From assembly GCF_031769215.1 (NCBI RefSeq), contig NW_026782403.1, positions 124,001-188,000 on the forward strand: a DNA stretch of 64,000 bases. Direction: 5' to 3'. A program made the position numbers and the translations under genes. The stretch's first letter is position 1. Each line of letters starts with the position of its first letter. Below, in pieces: positions 1-12,210 of this stretch. The notes under the pieces are model-generated. The model had not been told where the DNA came from. It searched no databases and was given only the letters and a program-made list of their open reading frames with translations. This DNA comes from Ylistrum balloti. Taxonomy: Eukaryota.

Positions 1-660
1 ATTGCGAGCTGTACCAATATGAGGTTCACCATGCGATAATTATAGTGGAAATCTGTGGGTAAATCATATTTCAATTTTGATGCCATACTGCTGCACTTGT
101 ATCTGAGTTTTAGCTATACTTATATGATGACCAATTTGATCTGAATGCGTGCCCCTTTAGCCATCAAATATGGATGTCCCTTTTCTTACCAAAACAGACT
201 GCCTGAAGGTATTCCTCTTAAGGGGACTATTTATATGAAAAGTTCCACCGTATACCGCGCCCTTGCTCGAAGTAAGCACGTCATCTGCAGGTTGGCAGTT
301 CTACCCTCGTCCCTTTCCTGCAAATGACCAATTTAGTACCCACAGATCGTCGCAGCTGACATGCTGGCGTGACATGGCCACAGGCGCAAAATTTCCGTAA
401 TTTCTTCAAGCGGGAGAGCTGCCTGTGTCTTGAGGGCATGGCGGGCCTTCTGCTAGTATTCTCCCGCTGCTTTCCCGGAACAAGTTTTGAACATCTTCAG
501 AAACTTGGTTTTTAAGCACCTCGGACTTCCTTGCACATCTGTAGGCAAGTTCGGGCAAGATCCAAGCGTGATATTACCAGGTGCAGGCCATCTGCAGATG
601 AAGTACAGTTTGCGAAACAAGTGACCCCCCGCAAGTAGCAGGCCAGCTTGGCATGATTCG
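1..660 (-). mobile_element. Possible decayed DIRS/Ngaro-like retroelement fragment (gag end / RT start), truncated by window edge
   Basis: The minus-strand frame ending at position 1 reads QVQQYGIKIEI*FTHRFPL*LSHGEPHIGTARN. This recalls from memory the GFxxGFxLxYxG...N segment at the start of Ngaro/DIRS ORF2. Upstream pieces (GRGIRWNF, KGHP) recall the Cys/His end of ORF1. Multiple stops; pattern recognition only. Confidence 0.3.
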
Positions 661-719
661 GCCTTTAGCAATAACGTAATCGTGAGGACGAATGGTCTCC
701 CAGTGTCCTCGTAAAGGTC

Positions 720-968
720 AGCAATACAGTGATGGTGAGGACGGGGACATTGGTGTAGAGGTTAGCAATAACACGATGGTGAGGATGGGAGGTATTGGTG
801 TAGAGGTTAGCAATACAGTGATGGTGAGAATGGGAGGTATTGGTGTAGAGGGGCAATAACACGATGGTTAGGACGGGAGGTATTGGTGTAGAGGTTAGCA
901 ATAACACGATGGTTAGGACGGGAGGTATTGGTGTAGAGGTTAGCAATAACACGATGGTGAGGACGGAG
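720..968. repeat. 45-bp minisatellite, ~5-6 copies
   Basis: Unit gaggttagcaataacacgatggttaggacgggaggtattggtgta; starts at 758 and 803 give a period of 45. Confidence 0.9.
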
Positions 969-1699
969 ATCATAGAAAATATCAATATTGGTGATAATGA
1001 CTGAGGGGTGGGGTCGGTATAGTGGTAAGCACTAACATGATGGCGTGGACGGGATTAGTCTATGTAGAGAATAGTCGTAATATTGCAAAATGAAATAGAT
1101 ACAAAAACTGGAAACGGAGCAGGATACAGGTAGAGAACCGGAAGATGACAATATGTGACGATACAAAATATCCCCCATAAATAGCAAGATTATGCCACTC
1201 TATCATACCTAGCAATATCTCACAGATGAATAATGCGTTTTACCAGTTTGAGAGCGTCATGCACGCCATTCTGTAATTAAACCTGATAATTACTGTATAA
1301 ATCAGGGTTTTGTAGGCTCCGTAGGATAGGAGATCGTTGACAGGTAGCTGGTTTAGTCTACTTGTCTATGATTGGTTTAAGTAATATTAATTTGTTCCAC
1401 TCTCCATGATAAATGACGAAGTCGGATTACAAGCTGTTAAAATGGCTGGCAATTGTAATCTCTTTTTGCTGGGTGTTCCTGGATCTTAGGTGACAAGGAG
1501 TGGTAAAATACACCACGTGATTTCTGGAAACGCACGTAGAAACCAATACTTGACACGTCAGTATCAATACTATAAGCCTCACACTGTAGTGGTAGGGTTA
1601 GTTCTTTGAAGCGCTCAATTCTAATCAGTAAAAGTACTGTATTATTTATTAAGCTCTCTATTTCTTATCATTTGTCAATATCATGCTTTGACTATGTGA

Positions 1700-1985
1700 G
1701 CGGAACATGAAGGAGAAGGTTACGGAAGTATGAACACGGGGAGAAATATACGGGCATATGAACATGAAGGAGGGGGTAACGGAAGTATGATCACGAGGAG
1801 AGAGACACGGGCATATGAACATGAAGGTGGGGGGGGGGGGGGGGGGTAACGGAAGTATGAACACGGGGAAAGATATACTGGTATATGAACACGGTGGGGT
1901 ATACGAAAGTATGATCACGAGGAGAAAGATACGGGCATATGAACATGAAGCAGAGAGAAGCGGACAGTTTGAACATGAGAAAAAA
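1700..1985. repeat. Degenerate purine-rich repeat (28/29-bp subunits, ~57-bp dimer) with a G run
   Basis: Recurring cgggcatatgaacatgaagg and cggaagtatgaacacg; related to the adjacent 30-bp array. Confidence 0.7.
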
Positions 1986-2159
1986 TGGTACGGCGTTATG
2001 ATCATAAAGGAGTTGGTAGCGATAGTATGAAGATAAGGGAGTGGGAAGCGAGCAATATGCACATGTAGGAGAGAGAAACGGTCCATGTGAACATGATGGA
2101 AAGGGTAGCGAGGAGTGACGTAGCGGAAAGTCTGAACATGGAGAGGGACGTGCGCAGTA

Positions 2160-2597
2160 TGAAAGTATCAAGATGAAGGAGTGGACAGTGGGCAGTATAA
2201 AGATGAAGGAAATGAAAGCGGACAGTATAAAGATGAAAGAGTGGACAACGGGCTTTATGAAGATGAAAGAGTGGACAGCGGGCAGTATGAAGATGAAGGA
2301 GAGGCCAGCGGGCAGTATAAAGATGAAGGAGCGGACAGCGGGCAGTATGAAGATGAAGGAGTGGACAGTGGGCAGTATAAAGATGAAGGAAATGAAAGCG
2401 GACAGTATGCAGATGAAAGAGAGGCCAGCGGGCAGTATGAAGATGAAGGAGTGGACAGCGGGCAGTATGAAGATGAAGGAGTGGACAGCGGGCAGTATGA
2501 AGATGAAGGAGTGGACAGCGGGCAGTATGAAGATGAAGGAGTGGACAGCGTGCAGTATAAATTTGACGGAGAGGCCAGCGGGCAGAATGAACATGGA
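2160..2597. repeat. 30-bp minisatellite, ~14 copies
   Basis: Unit gggcagtatgaagatgaaggagtggacagc. It accounts for the overlapping ORFs 1791..2594, 2002..2766, 2173..2664, 2181..2651 and 2255..2794. Confidence 0.92.
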
Positions 2598-3149
2598 GAA
2601 GAATGCGGCTTGTCACTGTGCATTCCAAAGAGGAGGATACGGGAAGTTTGAACACGAAGGTTAGAGTGGACAAAGCAGAAACGCAAGAGAAAACTGGCAG
2701 TATGAACATCACGGAATGGAGACAGGCAGTTTGATTTAAGGGAAAGAAGACTGGCACCCTGGCCAATCAGATACACTATCAGGAAACCCGTCATACCCTG
2801 TCTGCAGCGTAAATTGTTGTGGTGATTTTATGTCTAATTACTATATCATCTGTGTTTCTGTCAAAGTCGAATAAAAGAGTAAAGGTTTCCCTTGGTGATT
2901 GTAGGAACATAATAACGGTTTACAGCGTCTGAAATCAAACACTAGTATTCCAATCAATATTGATCGACTGAGGCCTGTCTCTAGTATCCCAGACTTGTGT
3001 CTTTGTAACTGCTAGTTCAAAGGCAATATATAATATGACTTGAACTTCAAGCATGCTACCTTACGGCGGTTCCAGTAGTCTTACGAGTACTGTAGGAATG
3101 GAGTTGTGTACAAGAGCCATCTCATGTTATTTTTTCCCTTTTCTTACAG

Positions 3150-3266
3150 GGTATCCTTTGGTAGTAAAGGGTCAATGGTGGAGACATGGATTATCGAGGA
3201 CTTTCAAGAACCGGAAACGGATGGACAGATCTACCGGAACCTAGTCAACAAGAGTAGCGAGTGCAG
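3150..3266 (+). CDS. Candidate internal coding exon (117 nt, phase 2/2), product unknown
   Basis: Acceptor tttttcccttttcttacag| and donor tgcag|gtatgt. Open frame VSFGSKGSMVETWIIEDFQEPETDGQIYRNLVNKSSEC; length divisible by 3. Confidence 0.55.
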
Positions 3267-3334
3267 GTATGTTTCATCCTCATTTTTACTGTGTATATTC
3301 AGGAAATATATTAGTTGTAAATTTTTATTAAGAC

Positions 3335-3585
3335 CTTAAATGTGGAAGGTTTCCGTGTACTTCCGGTAGCTTGGAGGTATCATCGTGGTCCTAAATGTGG
3401 AAGGTTTCCATGTACTTTCGGTAGCTTGGAGGTATCATCGTGGTCCTAAATGTGGAAGGTTTCCATGTACTTCCGGTAGCTTGGAGGTGTCATCGTGGTC
3501 CTAAATGTGGAAGGTTTCCATGTACTTCCGGTAGCTTGGAGGTATCATCGTGGTCCTAAATGTGGAAAGTTTTCATGTACTTCCG
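3335..3585. repeat. 55-bp minisatellite, ~4.5 copies
   Basis: Unit cctaaatgtggaaggtttccatgtacttccggtagcttggaggtatcatcgtggt; starts at 3390 and 3445. Confidence 0.92.
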
Positions 3586-4654
3586 ATTTTGATGAATTCG
3601 TTGATTAGGGTCATACAGTGGTTGTAAATATATGTCCAGTCTTTGGTTTCCAGTGTTGTGTTCTCGTATTGATTTCATTTTCTTCTTTTAGGGACATGCG
3701 CAATTAATGACTTATCGTTGCGGGTTCAGTTCTGATAAAATGAATATCAATATATCATAAAGCCCGGGCGGTGTCATCTGACATTACCAATACACCACTA
3801 TCTGGTGATAGGTTTGCTGATGATTGCTGTGCACATGGACCTACTTCATATTTGTTAGATGGAAGTAGAAGATTGGTATTAAAACCGATGTTGTATTGAA
3901 ATTCAATTTATCTGTGTTCTCGGGGGAGTTTATTTCTTGTAGTTGTTGCACGTTAGCGCTGGAAATTATATTGCGGAAGATTGGTTCCATGCAGCTGTTG
4001 ACAAGTCTCATATGATCTCGTCTTGGTTAGATAATGGCAAATGGTGGCAGAAAGAACATTGGTTTGTCTGAGGAGAACACCATTATCATCTCGGCGTTGT
4101 GTTGCATCATGGACGTAGATGACGACCGATTTACTATTCTTATTGTTTGTATCAGATTTCAGTTTCGATGCAAGCTTATATTTGCGTTTAAGTGTTTATA
4201 AGCAAGGGTCCCAGCGCCGGGGCAACTTTTTCCTAACGGAAGTCTTCAAAAATTAGAGTCACGTGTCACGGGCATATTGTACCGAAATCAAATACAAAGT
4301 GTAGGTAATTAAGATACGGTAGATTTTGCCACTTCTAATTAAATATAATTCTAATATATAAGTATATCAGGAGGAAAGCGTCAAAATACTAGCAATGCTA
4401 ATAATCCTGGTCTTGTGATAAAAAAAAAGATACTAAGAGAAAATTCTGCTATATTTGCTTTACAAGGATCCAATCTTCTGGTAGAGTCAATTTTCAATAA
4501 AACCCGTTGAGAAAACGAAGCTATATCGCTTCGTAGAAACAGCAAATAATGCGGTATGTGTAATATCAGAAGTTCTTGGTATTTGCTAATATTCACATCA
4601 TGCTTTGTGAGAAGTCACTAACATCCGACGATATAACCTTTTGCAAAACAACAA

Positions 4655-4728
<74 letters not shown>
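4655..4728 (-). tRNA. trnN-GTT: tRNA-Asn (anticodon GTT), eukaryotic nuclear type, intronless
   Basis: Reverse complement GTCTCCGTGGCGCAATCGGTTAGCGCGTTCGGCTGTTAACCGAAAGGTTGGTGGTTCAAGCCCACCCGGGGACG (74 nt). Acceptor stem GTCTCCG/CGGGGAC with one G-U pair; anticodon at 4692-4694; A and B boxes intact; no encoded CCA; TTTT Pol III terminator at 4648-4645. Confidence 0.97.
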
Positions 4729-5105
4729 TTGATAACACTACTTGGATGCACAGTATAAAATAGCTCACCAATAACGTTAGTCTGACATTCTACCATATGT
4801 ATTGTTGATGTCTTAGACTAAACTTGTCGCTTGATTGAAAGGTCAACGTAAGATATTATCAAAGGTTTATGTGATATAGTTGTAAAAATTATGTTTATAC
4901 AAGAAAGTCTTCGCATGCCTTCAACTTTAAACTTTTCCTGGCTATAGCAGTACTATTGAACACGTAAGACACAGTGGTGATGTTGTTGGGATACCCAAGG
5001 GATATTAGATATACTACCAAAATAATTGGTGATGTGTAGTGTTAAATTTCGTTTCGTTTGAAGGGGAATTAAGATAAAAAAAATATTGAAATGTACCGTT
5101 TCGAT

Positions 5106-5312
5106 GGTCGGTTGGTGTCATGGTGATTCATTCGATTATCACCTAGACGTTCGGGGTTCGATTCTCCGAGCGAGCGGATGTGAAAACGGTACATTTATGT
5201 AGGTCCCCTGTCCGGGTATTTTTCTTCCCGATTTCCACCCACAGGAAGCCTCTTCGCTCGCTCCGTTCGAGCCAGCAAGAGTCATTAATATAAAGTGATA
5301 GCTTGTTTCAAA
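5106..5312 (+). mobile_element. tRNA-derived SINE (tRNA-Asp-like head, V-domain-like body)
   Basis: A-box-like tggtgtcatgg (5113-5123) and B box ggttcgattc (5155-5164). The head aligns loosely with tRNA-Asp but does not fold as a tRNA. Body ccgggtattt...ttccacccacag resembles the CCGGGTACTCCGGTTTCCTCCCACA core of V-SINEs (recalled, not searched). Confidence 0.6.
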
Positions 5313-5330
5313 ATTGTTGTAAAATATTTA

Positions 5331-5497
5331 TACAGTTGAACATCGTTAGAAGAAACTCTCACAACTCGAAGGCCCTGTATAATTCGGAGTAATTCGTTCC
5401 GGCCAAACTTCACACTTAACATTCGATCTTGCTTAAATCGAATACTCGGTAACTCGAATTTTCCAACGATCCCAGACTTCGACATAACGATGTTAAC
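5331..5497. mobile_element. Degenerate pogo/Tc1-mariner-like MITE
   Basis: Left end TA-cagttgaacatcgtta. The right end taacgatgtt is the exact reverse complement of 10 bp of the left end, and there are internal ctcgaa/ttcga motifs. The right terminus is eroded. Confidence 0.45.
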
Positions 5498-8400
5498 GAC
5501 ACTCTATTAAAGGAGCATTGGTAAAGTAATTGATCCGTCAGTAGCTGATGCAAGAACGAGGGGGGCTTAAAATAAACAGTAGTACACAAATGTTTATTGC
5601 TGTGTGTGGATATATTGTAACAAAGTTTGGAGTTTTCGACAAAAAACATTTTAGTAACGGAAAGATGAAGCTGTGTGTGGTAGCTATGACTGCTAAACAA
5701 TTATAAGAGTTAGTTTTATATCGGAAAACAGTCGTAAAATCAATGTCTTTTGCCGAATTAATGTTAAATGTGAGAAATGATAAAATGATTACTTGGTGCC
5801 TCGTCGCCAGACCTCTGGAAAAACAGAAAAACGTGATACACATCACCTCATCTTTCACGAACGTGCGTGCGAGCGATGTACACCAGCTGTCGAAATGTTC
5901 CTGTGTTGTATGACAATTATTAGGTCATATTATCAAACCAGATTGCAAACATTTTAGTGATCTTTTAGATGTTGGGTCCCGAAAATACTTTTAAAAAACT
6001 TGAAACAAAAAATCCTAACAACTGTCTATCAGTCAATCATTCTGTTTTGAAACGTATCAGAGGTGTTGGCAATGGACCCGTTGTTTACATTTTACCGAAC
6101 ATCAATAAAAGATTATGCGGTTATCGACGTGTTGCTATACCCTATAAACCTCGCCCTCCTAGCCACACAGTCTCTCTGCTTCCCTAGACAGAAGACGGTA
6201 TCCTGTGCCAATTAAAATCATGTACCTTTGCATAATAACATTCCTACGCCACGGCTATGCCAGGTAAACACGGGGTTTCGTCACAACTCATAACAGGAAG
6301 TGAATCCCTCTAGGGACTACAAATGTTGGCACATATCCATCCGCTTCAAAAGATACCACTTATCTCAAGTATGCCAAGGAGGAGTTCAAAGCTAGCTTAA
6401 TGCACATTGATTCATTTCTACTTTTCATAAATAGCTTGATTAAGGAAACACTTTTTCGATGTTTTACCAGAACACGGTGAGATGTTTGACAAGTCAAGTC
6501 TTTACCATTGATAGATGTACAGCAGGTTCAGAAACAAGCACTGTCTACATCGATCATCAACGTGAAGACTTTAAGGTTATTTTAATGAGGTTAATTATGG
6601 TGATAAAATGAGTTTTAGGTAATAGATAACAAATTAATCCAACATTTTCCGGAATAGACGGGCTGGATTTTTATTAGTGATTGAAATCGACCATCTGACC
6701 GTCCATCATCACGTCCTTATGTATGAAAAAATATAACTGTGTTCCTGATTATGTATTACGCACGATTAAATTTTCTAAAGATCAGAATTATAACTACTCT
6801 CTGATGTGCTCACGGTACATGTAAGCTTGTTTCATTTGTAGACCCAAAACTCTTGTAACTCTTCTGAAGATGGAAGTTATTTTAATGTAATAAATGCTCG
6901 TGTATGATATCTGTACCAGGAGAGCCTATATTCATACGTTTAAAGACACAGATTACGATCAGAGGTCAACTCGTCTTAGCACTTTTTGGCCTTGAAGCAG
7001 AAAGCGCCTACACTTCCGGAGCACAGTCTTTTCAGTAGTCTCCGTGAAAATCTTTTTTGGGTTCATCAGATAAAACACGACAGGAAAACATATACTAGTA
7101 AACCACGAGGTGAAACCACATAAAACACGTGAGGAAGAAAACAGGTTAATCGATAGAGATTAAAGTCCCACAACAAAGTCACTGAACATCAACATGGCTT
7201 TATTAAATTGATAACTCACTTAAAATATCTAGTTTATAGAAAGGAACAGACTAGAGCTGGTATAAATGAGAATGTGTCGGCTAAAACTCTCGTTATTAAT
7301 GGTTGCAGGCTGTTGGACTTAATGACTTTCGTTACCAATCAGCGCATTTCCCGACCGGCAGACAATCTACATAATATCCTTGTTCATTTGTTTTAATGGA
7401 TAATATTCTTTATAGCTTCATTTTCTAAATCTTTCAATTACCGCAGAATGATGATGTAAACCGACTTTTTATCACGTGTCCTTACCCTTTCAGTTTTTAC
7501 TTTTTCGAAATATACGAGACCATAATGGTTACACATGTTCCTGTCAGAAACTGGAATGTCGGAGGGACATATTTGTCTGTTCGTGAATCGGAGGTATAAT
7601 CACGTTAGACGCCTCCCACGTAAAACACGTGGAATGTGTATCATAACTTGTAAACATCAGTAGAAAAGAGGCCAACAGGACCTGCATTTCTCATCTATAA
7701 CTTTTGTTGTTTAAACTCGAAAGCCAGTTGAAATATCCCCGCTTACCTGAGGCCACATGTACCATGTCATGTTTCTTAGCCTAAAGATAACTAATGGATA
7801 TAGAGGAATATAACGCGAAGACCTTTTTCAAAATTTGAGTAACATTTTGTTTAAACTGACACGCCGGGATGGATATTGATCCGAAATAACGCACCAATTA
7901 AATAAAAAAGGTGGCCATTTCAATTTCGTATCAATGATGTCTTTCCAGATAAGTGGCAAATGAAAATTGAAAAGGATTAGAAACTCAAATATAGACAGGT
8001 GGCCACCAGCAACACAAGTTCTGTCTAAATCTTTCCGGTGAAAAAGAGGAAAGAAACTACGTTAGTTAGTTAACTTCGGTCCAAAGTAGTAATTATAAGA
8101 TGTGATTCTCCAGTATAGAGCGTTATCATGTGATTATTGAAACCCTACAAAGAGGTGACCATTTCTCAATCAATTTCCAAGACCTTCACAAGTTCATGAC
8201 ACCAATCAGAAAGCAGAGATTGTCGATCTGTCGGTTCTTCATGTTTAGAAAACAATTATCAGAAAAGATGAAGGTTCTGCAGTGTTGCTTCAATTTCCAA
8301 CTCAGACAGACACTACAGTATAGAACCACCAGTTCAGATACCCTATAGGCTGTTACCATTCAAAGCAAAATTATCACACGCATTGACTCTCGGCCAACGT

Positions 8401-8690
8401 AAAAATAGTCTCATCCCAAACCATTGATCAATTATATAGTATTACTTGTAACACCAAACACGATAGTGCTGCATTCACTGTCCCCAAAACAAGAGCATTC
8501 GTGATACTGTACGTGTATTTGGTATTAGGGATGGTCGATTATAGATGTGATGGATTCAGCGGTGATCCCGGATATTTTCTCTGGTTCTGTGTTAGACTGC
8601 CGACAAGAAATGATTCTTCCTTCATTATATGTTGTGTATTACCAGTGATCTTGTAGATCTTATGTATATTTTGTTGTTGAAGTCTTTGTT

Positions 8691-10125
8691 GTACCACTGA
8701 CCTTACAGATATCTATGTTTCCTCTTGGTGGTTAATACTGATGTATTTTTGTGGTAAAGACATCTGTCTGTGAAATGTTCTTTAATGTACCACCGACCTT
8801 ACAGATATCTATGTTTCCCGTTGGTGTTAAATACTGATGTATTTCTGTGGTAAAGACATCTGTCTGTGAAATGTTCTTTAATGTACCACTGACCTTACAG
8901 ATATCTATGTTTCCTCTTGGTGGTTAATACTGATGTATTTCTGTGGTAAAGACATCTGTCTGTGAAATGTTCTTTAATGTACCACTGACCTTACAGATAT
9001 CTATGTTTCCTGTTGGTGTTAAATACTGATGTATTTCTGTGGTAAAGACATCTGCCTGTGAAATGTTCTTTAATGTACCACTGACCTTACAGATATCTAT
9101 GTTTCCTCTTAGTGTTAAATACTGATGTATTTCAGTGGTAAAGACGTCCGTCTGTGAAATGTTCTTTAATGTACCACTGACCTTACAGATATCTATGTTT
9201 CCTGTTGGTGTTAAATACTGATGTATTTCTGTGGTAAAGACATCTGTCTGTGAAATGTTCTTTAATGTACCACTGACCTTACAGATATCTATGTTTCCTG
9301 TTGGTGTTAAATACTGATGTATTTCTGTGGTAAAGACATCTGTCTGTGAAATGTTCTTTAATGTACCACCGACCTTACAGATATCTATGTTTCCTGTTGG
9401 TGTTAAATACTGATGTATTTCTGTGGTAAAGACATCTGTCTGTGAAATGTTCTTTAATGTACCACTGACCTTACAGATATCTATGTTTCCTCTTGGTGGT
9501 TAATACTGATATATTTTTGTGGTAAAGACATCTGTCTGTGAAATGTTCTTTAATGTACCACTGACCTTTCAGATATCTATGTTTCCTGTTGGTGTTAAAT
9601 ACTGATGTATTTCTGTGGTAAAGACATCTGTCTGTGAAATGTTCTTTAATGTACCACTGACCTTACAGATATCTATGTTTCCTGTTGGTGTTAAATACTG
9701 ATGTATTTCTGTGGTAAAGACATTTGTCTGTGAAATGTTCTTTAATGTACCACTGACCTTACAGATATCTATGTTTCCTGTTGGTGTTAAATACTGATGT
9801 ATTTCTGTGGTAAAGACATCTGTCTGTGAAATGTTCTTTAATGTACCACTGACCTTTCAGATATCTATGTTTCCTCTTGGTGGTTAATACTGATATATTT
9901 TTGTGGTAAAGACGTTTGTCTATGAATGTTCTTTAATGTACCACTGACCTTACAGATATCTATGTTTCCTCTTGGTGGTTAATACTGATGTATTTTTGTG
10001 GTAAAGACGTTTGTCTATGAATGTTCTTTAATGTACCACTGACCTTACAGATATCTATGTTTCCTCTTGGTGGTTAATACTGATGTATTTTTTGGTCAAG
10101 AGGTTTGTCTGTGACATGTTTAATA
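8691..10125. repeat. 96-bp satellite, ~15 copies, two variants
   Basis: Unit gtaccactgaccttacagatatctatgtttcctgttggtgttaaatactgatgtatttctgtggtaaagacatctgtctgtgaaatgttctttaat; starts at 8691 and 8787. Variant B carries cctcttggtggttaat. Confidence 0.97.
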
Positions 10126-11729
10126 CATCTGCTATTCACTTGTTCCAGTGACCTTGATGTGTTTGTCTCTGGTCTCGAGATGCCGCGTATTCGTCCGAAC
10201 CATTGATACTTCCACTGTTTGTCTGTGACCTTGGCTTTGCTAGTGACCTTGATATGTATGTTTTTTTCCGAGGAAAATACGTGTCAATTACACGTGTATT
10301 ACATATGAATGAAGTGACAGTTGTTCCCGTGGCCCCTAAGATGCCAATGATCGCCTATGTTTTTAGGAATGGATTGTTCGTCTGTAACACTTTGTTAATG
10401 ACCTTGATTATACGTGCGTTTGTCAACAGTAAAAGGGGATGACTCTGTCCATTGAAAACCATTGTTTATTTCTTACTTCATAAAGTCATCCGTTTGACTG
10501 TGGTTTATGGAGGGCTTACGTTGTTTACTGCAGAAAGGCAAATATCTATCGCTGATTTCATGAAAATCGGGTTATCTTTTCATTTATTGTTCACATGCTT
10601 TGAAAATGTCAGACGTTATCTCTGATTTTTGAAAAGGCAGGATCTGACCTTGACTTTAGAAAAGGCTACGTTTCACGAGACAAGCACCAATAAAACGGTT
10701 CGTAAAGAACTGTGAGCGAATAACACTATCAGACATATACAATTACCGTTATAATTCTTATAATATGAATCATTGCAAGTGACATTAGCCCTTCCTCCCC
10801 CGAGTAACATACCGGGAGAGGTGCCAGCGAACCATTAACAAGAATTGTTTGTTGGAAGAGTAAGATGGCTTCTGTTGTTGACCGACAAAACATATATATA
10901 TATATTTCTCCTCATTAGCAAACAGATGCCAATTGGTTTACTAGCATTAGTAAGTGCTATAAGACTGGGGAACCCGTAGGTTTAAAAATCATTAAATAAT
11001 AATGATGATAATAAAACACACAGAAAAGCACAGTGACATGTTTGAATCTGAACAGCCAAAAATGTCTCGAATTTATTGTATATGTATATGGGTAGGGGTA
11101 TATGTAGTTAGCATTGATAAACAGCTAAGGACAGTCCACTAAAACGGTCACTATTTCCGTGACATAACAGCCCTAAACACATCCCTGTGTTAGATATACT
11201 TTATATATGTTGGAGGAGGGAAAGGTTGGAATGTTGTGCAGTTCTTTCACTTAAGTGTGTGATTATAATCGTATAAACGCTGGTGTTAATGTAAGTGCCA
11301 GTTATTACAGCATTATAACTATGAATTAGTGCTGAGTGCTATATCCGGAACAACAATTCACAGAAAAACCACAGACATGCCAGCACAGAAAAATCAGGTT
11401 TAGGTAGGCGCTCACCTGTCTCTATTATTTACACACCAGGTCGGCCTTGATTCAAACATTACGTTGACGCTGATTGATAGCCATTAAGTTATATGCATTA
11501 AAGCTTTCCCTGGTTCTTCACTGATATTTTTCAGTTTCCTACCCCGTTTTTAAGCTATTTTGGATTTGGTATAACGACTTGTTTTAGGCGACTGTAAGTG
11601 CAGTATCAGAAACCTCTCTGTAACCAATATTTATGTTCAACAGCTTGCTTGTTGCAGTAATACTTTCTAGATCATCATCCTCGGGATATATTTTATGTCA
11701 TTTAAACTCTTGATCACTTTCCTTTGAGT

Positions 11730-12210
11730 GTAAGATCACCATCCTGGCAACAATACGTACATGTCTTTGGAGTCCTTGCAATAGGCTAGTGCCATTGGCG
11801 TCTAAGATTACTTTTCTTGTAATGCATTGTTAGTGTCCTTGGAGCTCTAAGATCACCATGATTGCAGCTCTTTGCTAGTATCTTTAGGATCTAGAATCAC
11901 CATTCTTGTATCTATAGGTTAGTGTCATTGGAGTCTTAAATCACGATCCTTGCAGTCTTACGTAAGTGTTTGGAGTAAAGACCGCCATTCTTGTATCTCC
12001 AGAGGAGTCTTAGATCGCAATTGTTGCAGCTCTATGCTAGTATGAAGTCTTAAGATCACAATCCTTGCAGTCTTACGTAAGTGTTTGGAGTCAAGACCAC
12101 CATTCTTATATGTCCACGTCAATGCCTTTTGAGTATAAGTTCACCTTTGTTGCAGCTTGTGTCCTTGGAGTCTAAAATCATAATCCTTGCTATGCTTTCT
12201 TAGTGTCTTT
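11730..12210. repeat. Old, diverged ~42-bp tandem repeat
   Basis: Recurring gatcaccattcttg...agtgtccttggagtctaa at roughly 40-45 bp spacing. Confidence 0.65.

Noticed and set aside
1658-2794. Long minus-strand ORFs (142, 267, 254 and 179 aa)
   Set aside because: They are antisense readings of the 28-30-bp repeats with low-complexity products.
5106-5175. Second tRNA gene
   Set aside because: A and B boxes are present but the acceptor and anticodon stems do not pair; interpreted as a SINE head.
6188-6263. Exon-like segment with good acceptor and donor (RRRYPVPIKIMYLCIITFLRHGYA)
   Set aside because: Phase 1/2 does not connect to neighbouring candidates, and the peptide is uninformative.
7525-7599. 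NVGGTYLSVRES resembling the start of a BTB/T1 domain
   Set aside because: Only 24 codons, a stop follows immediately, and the donor is weak.
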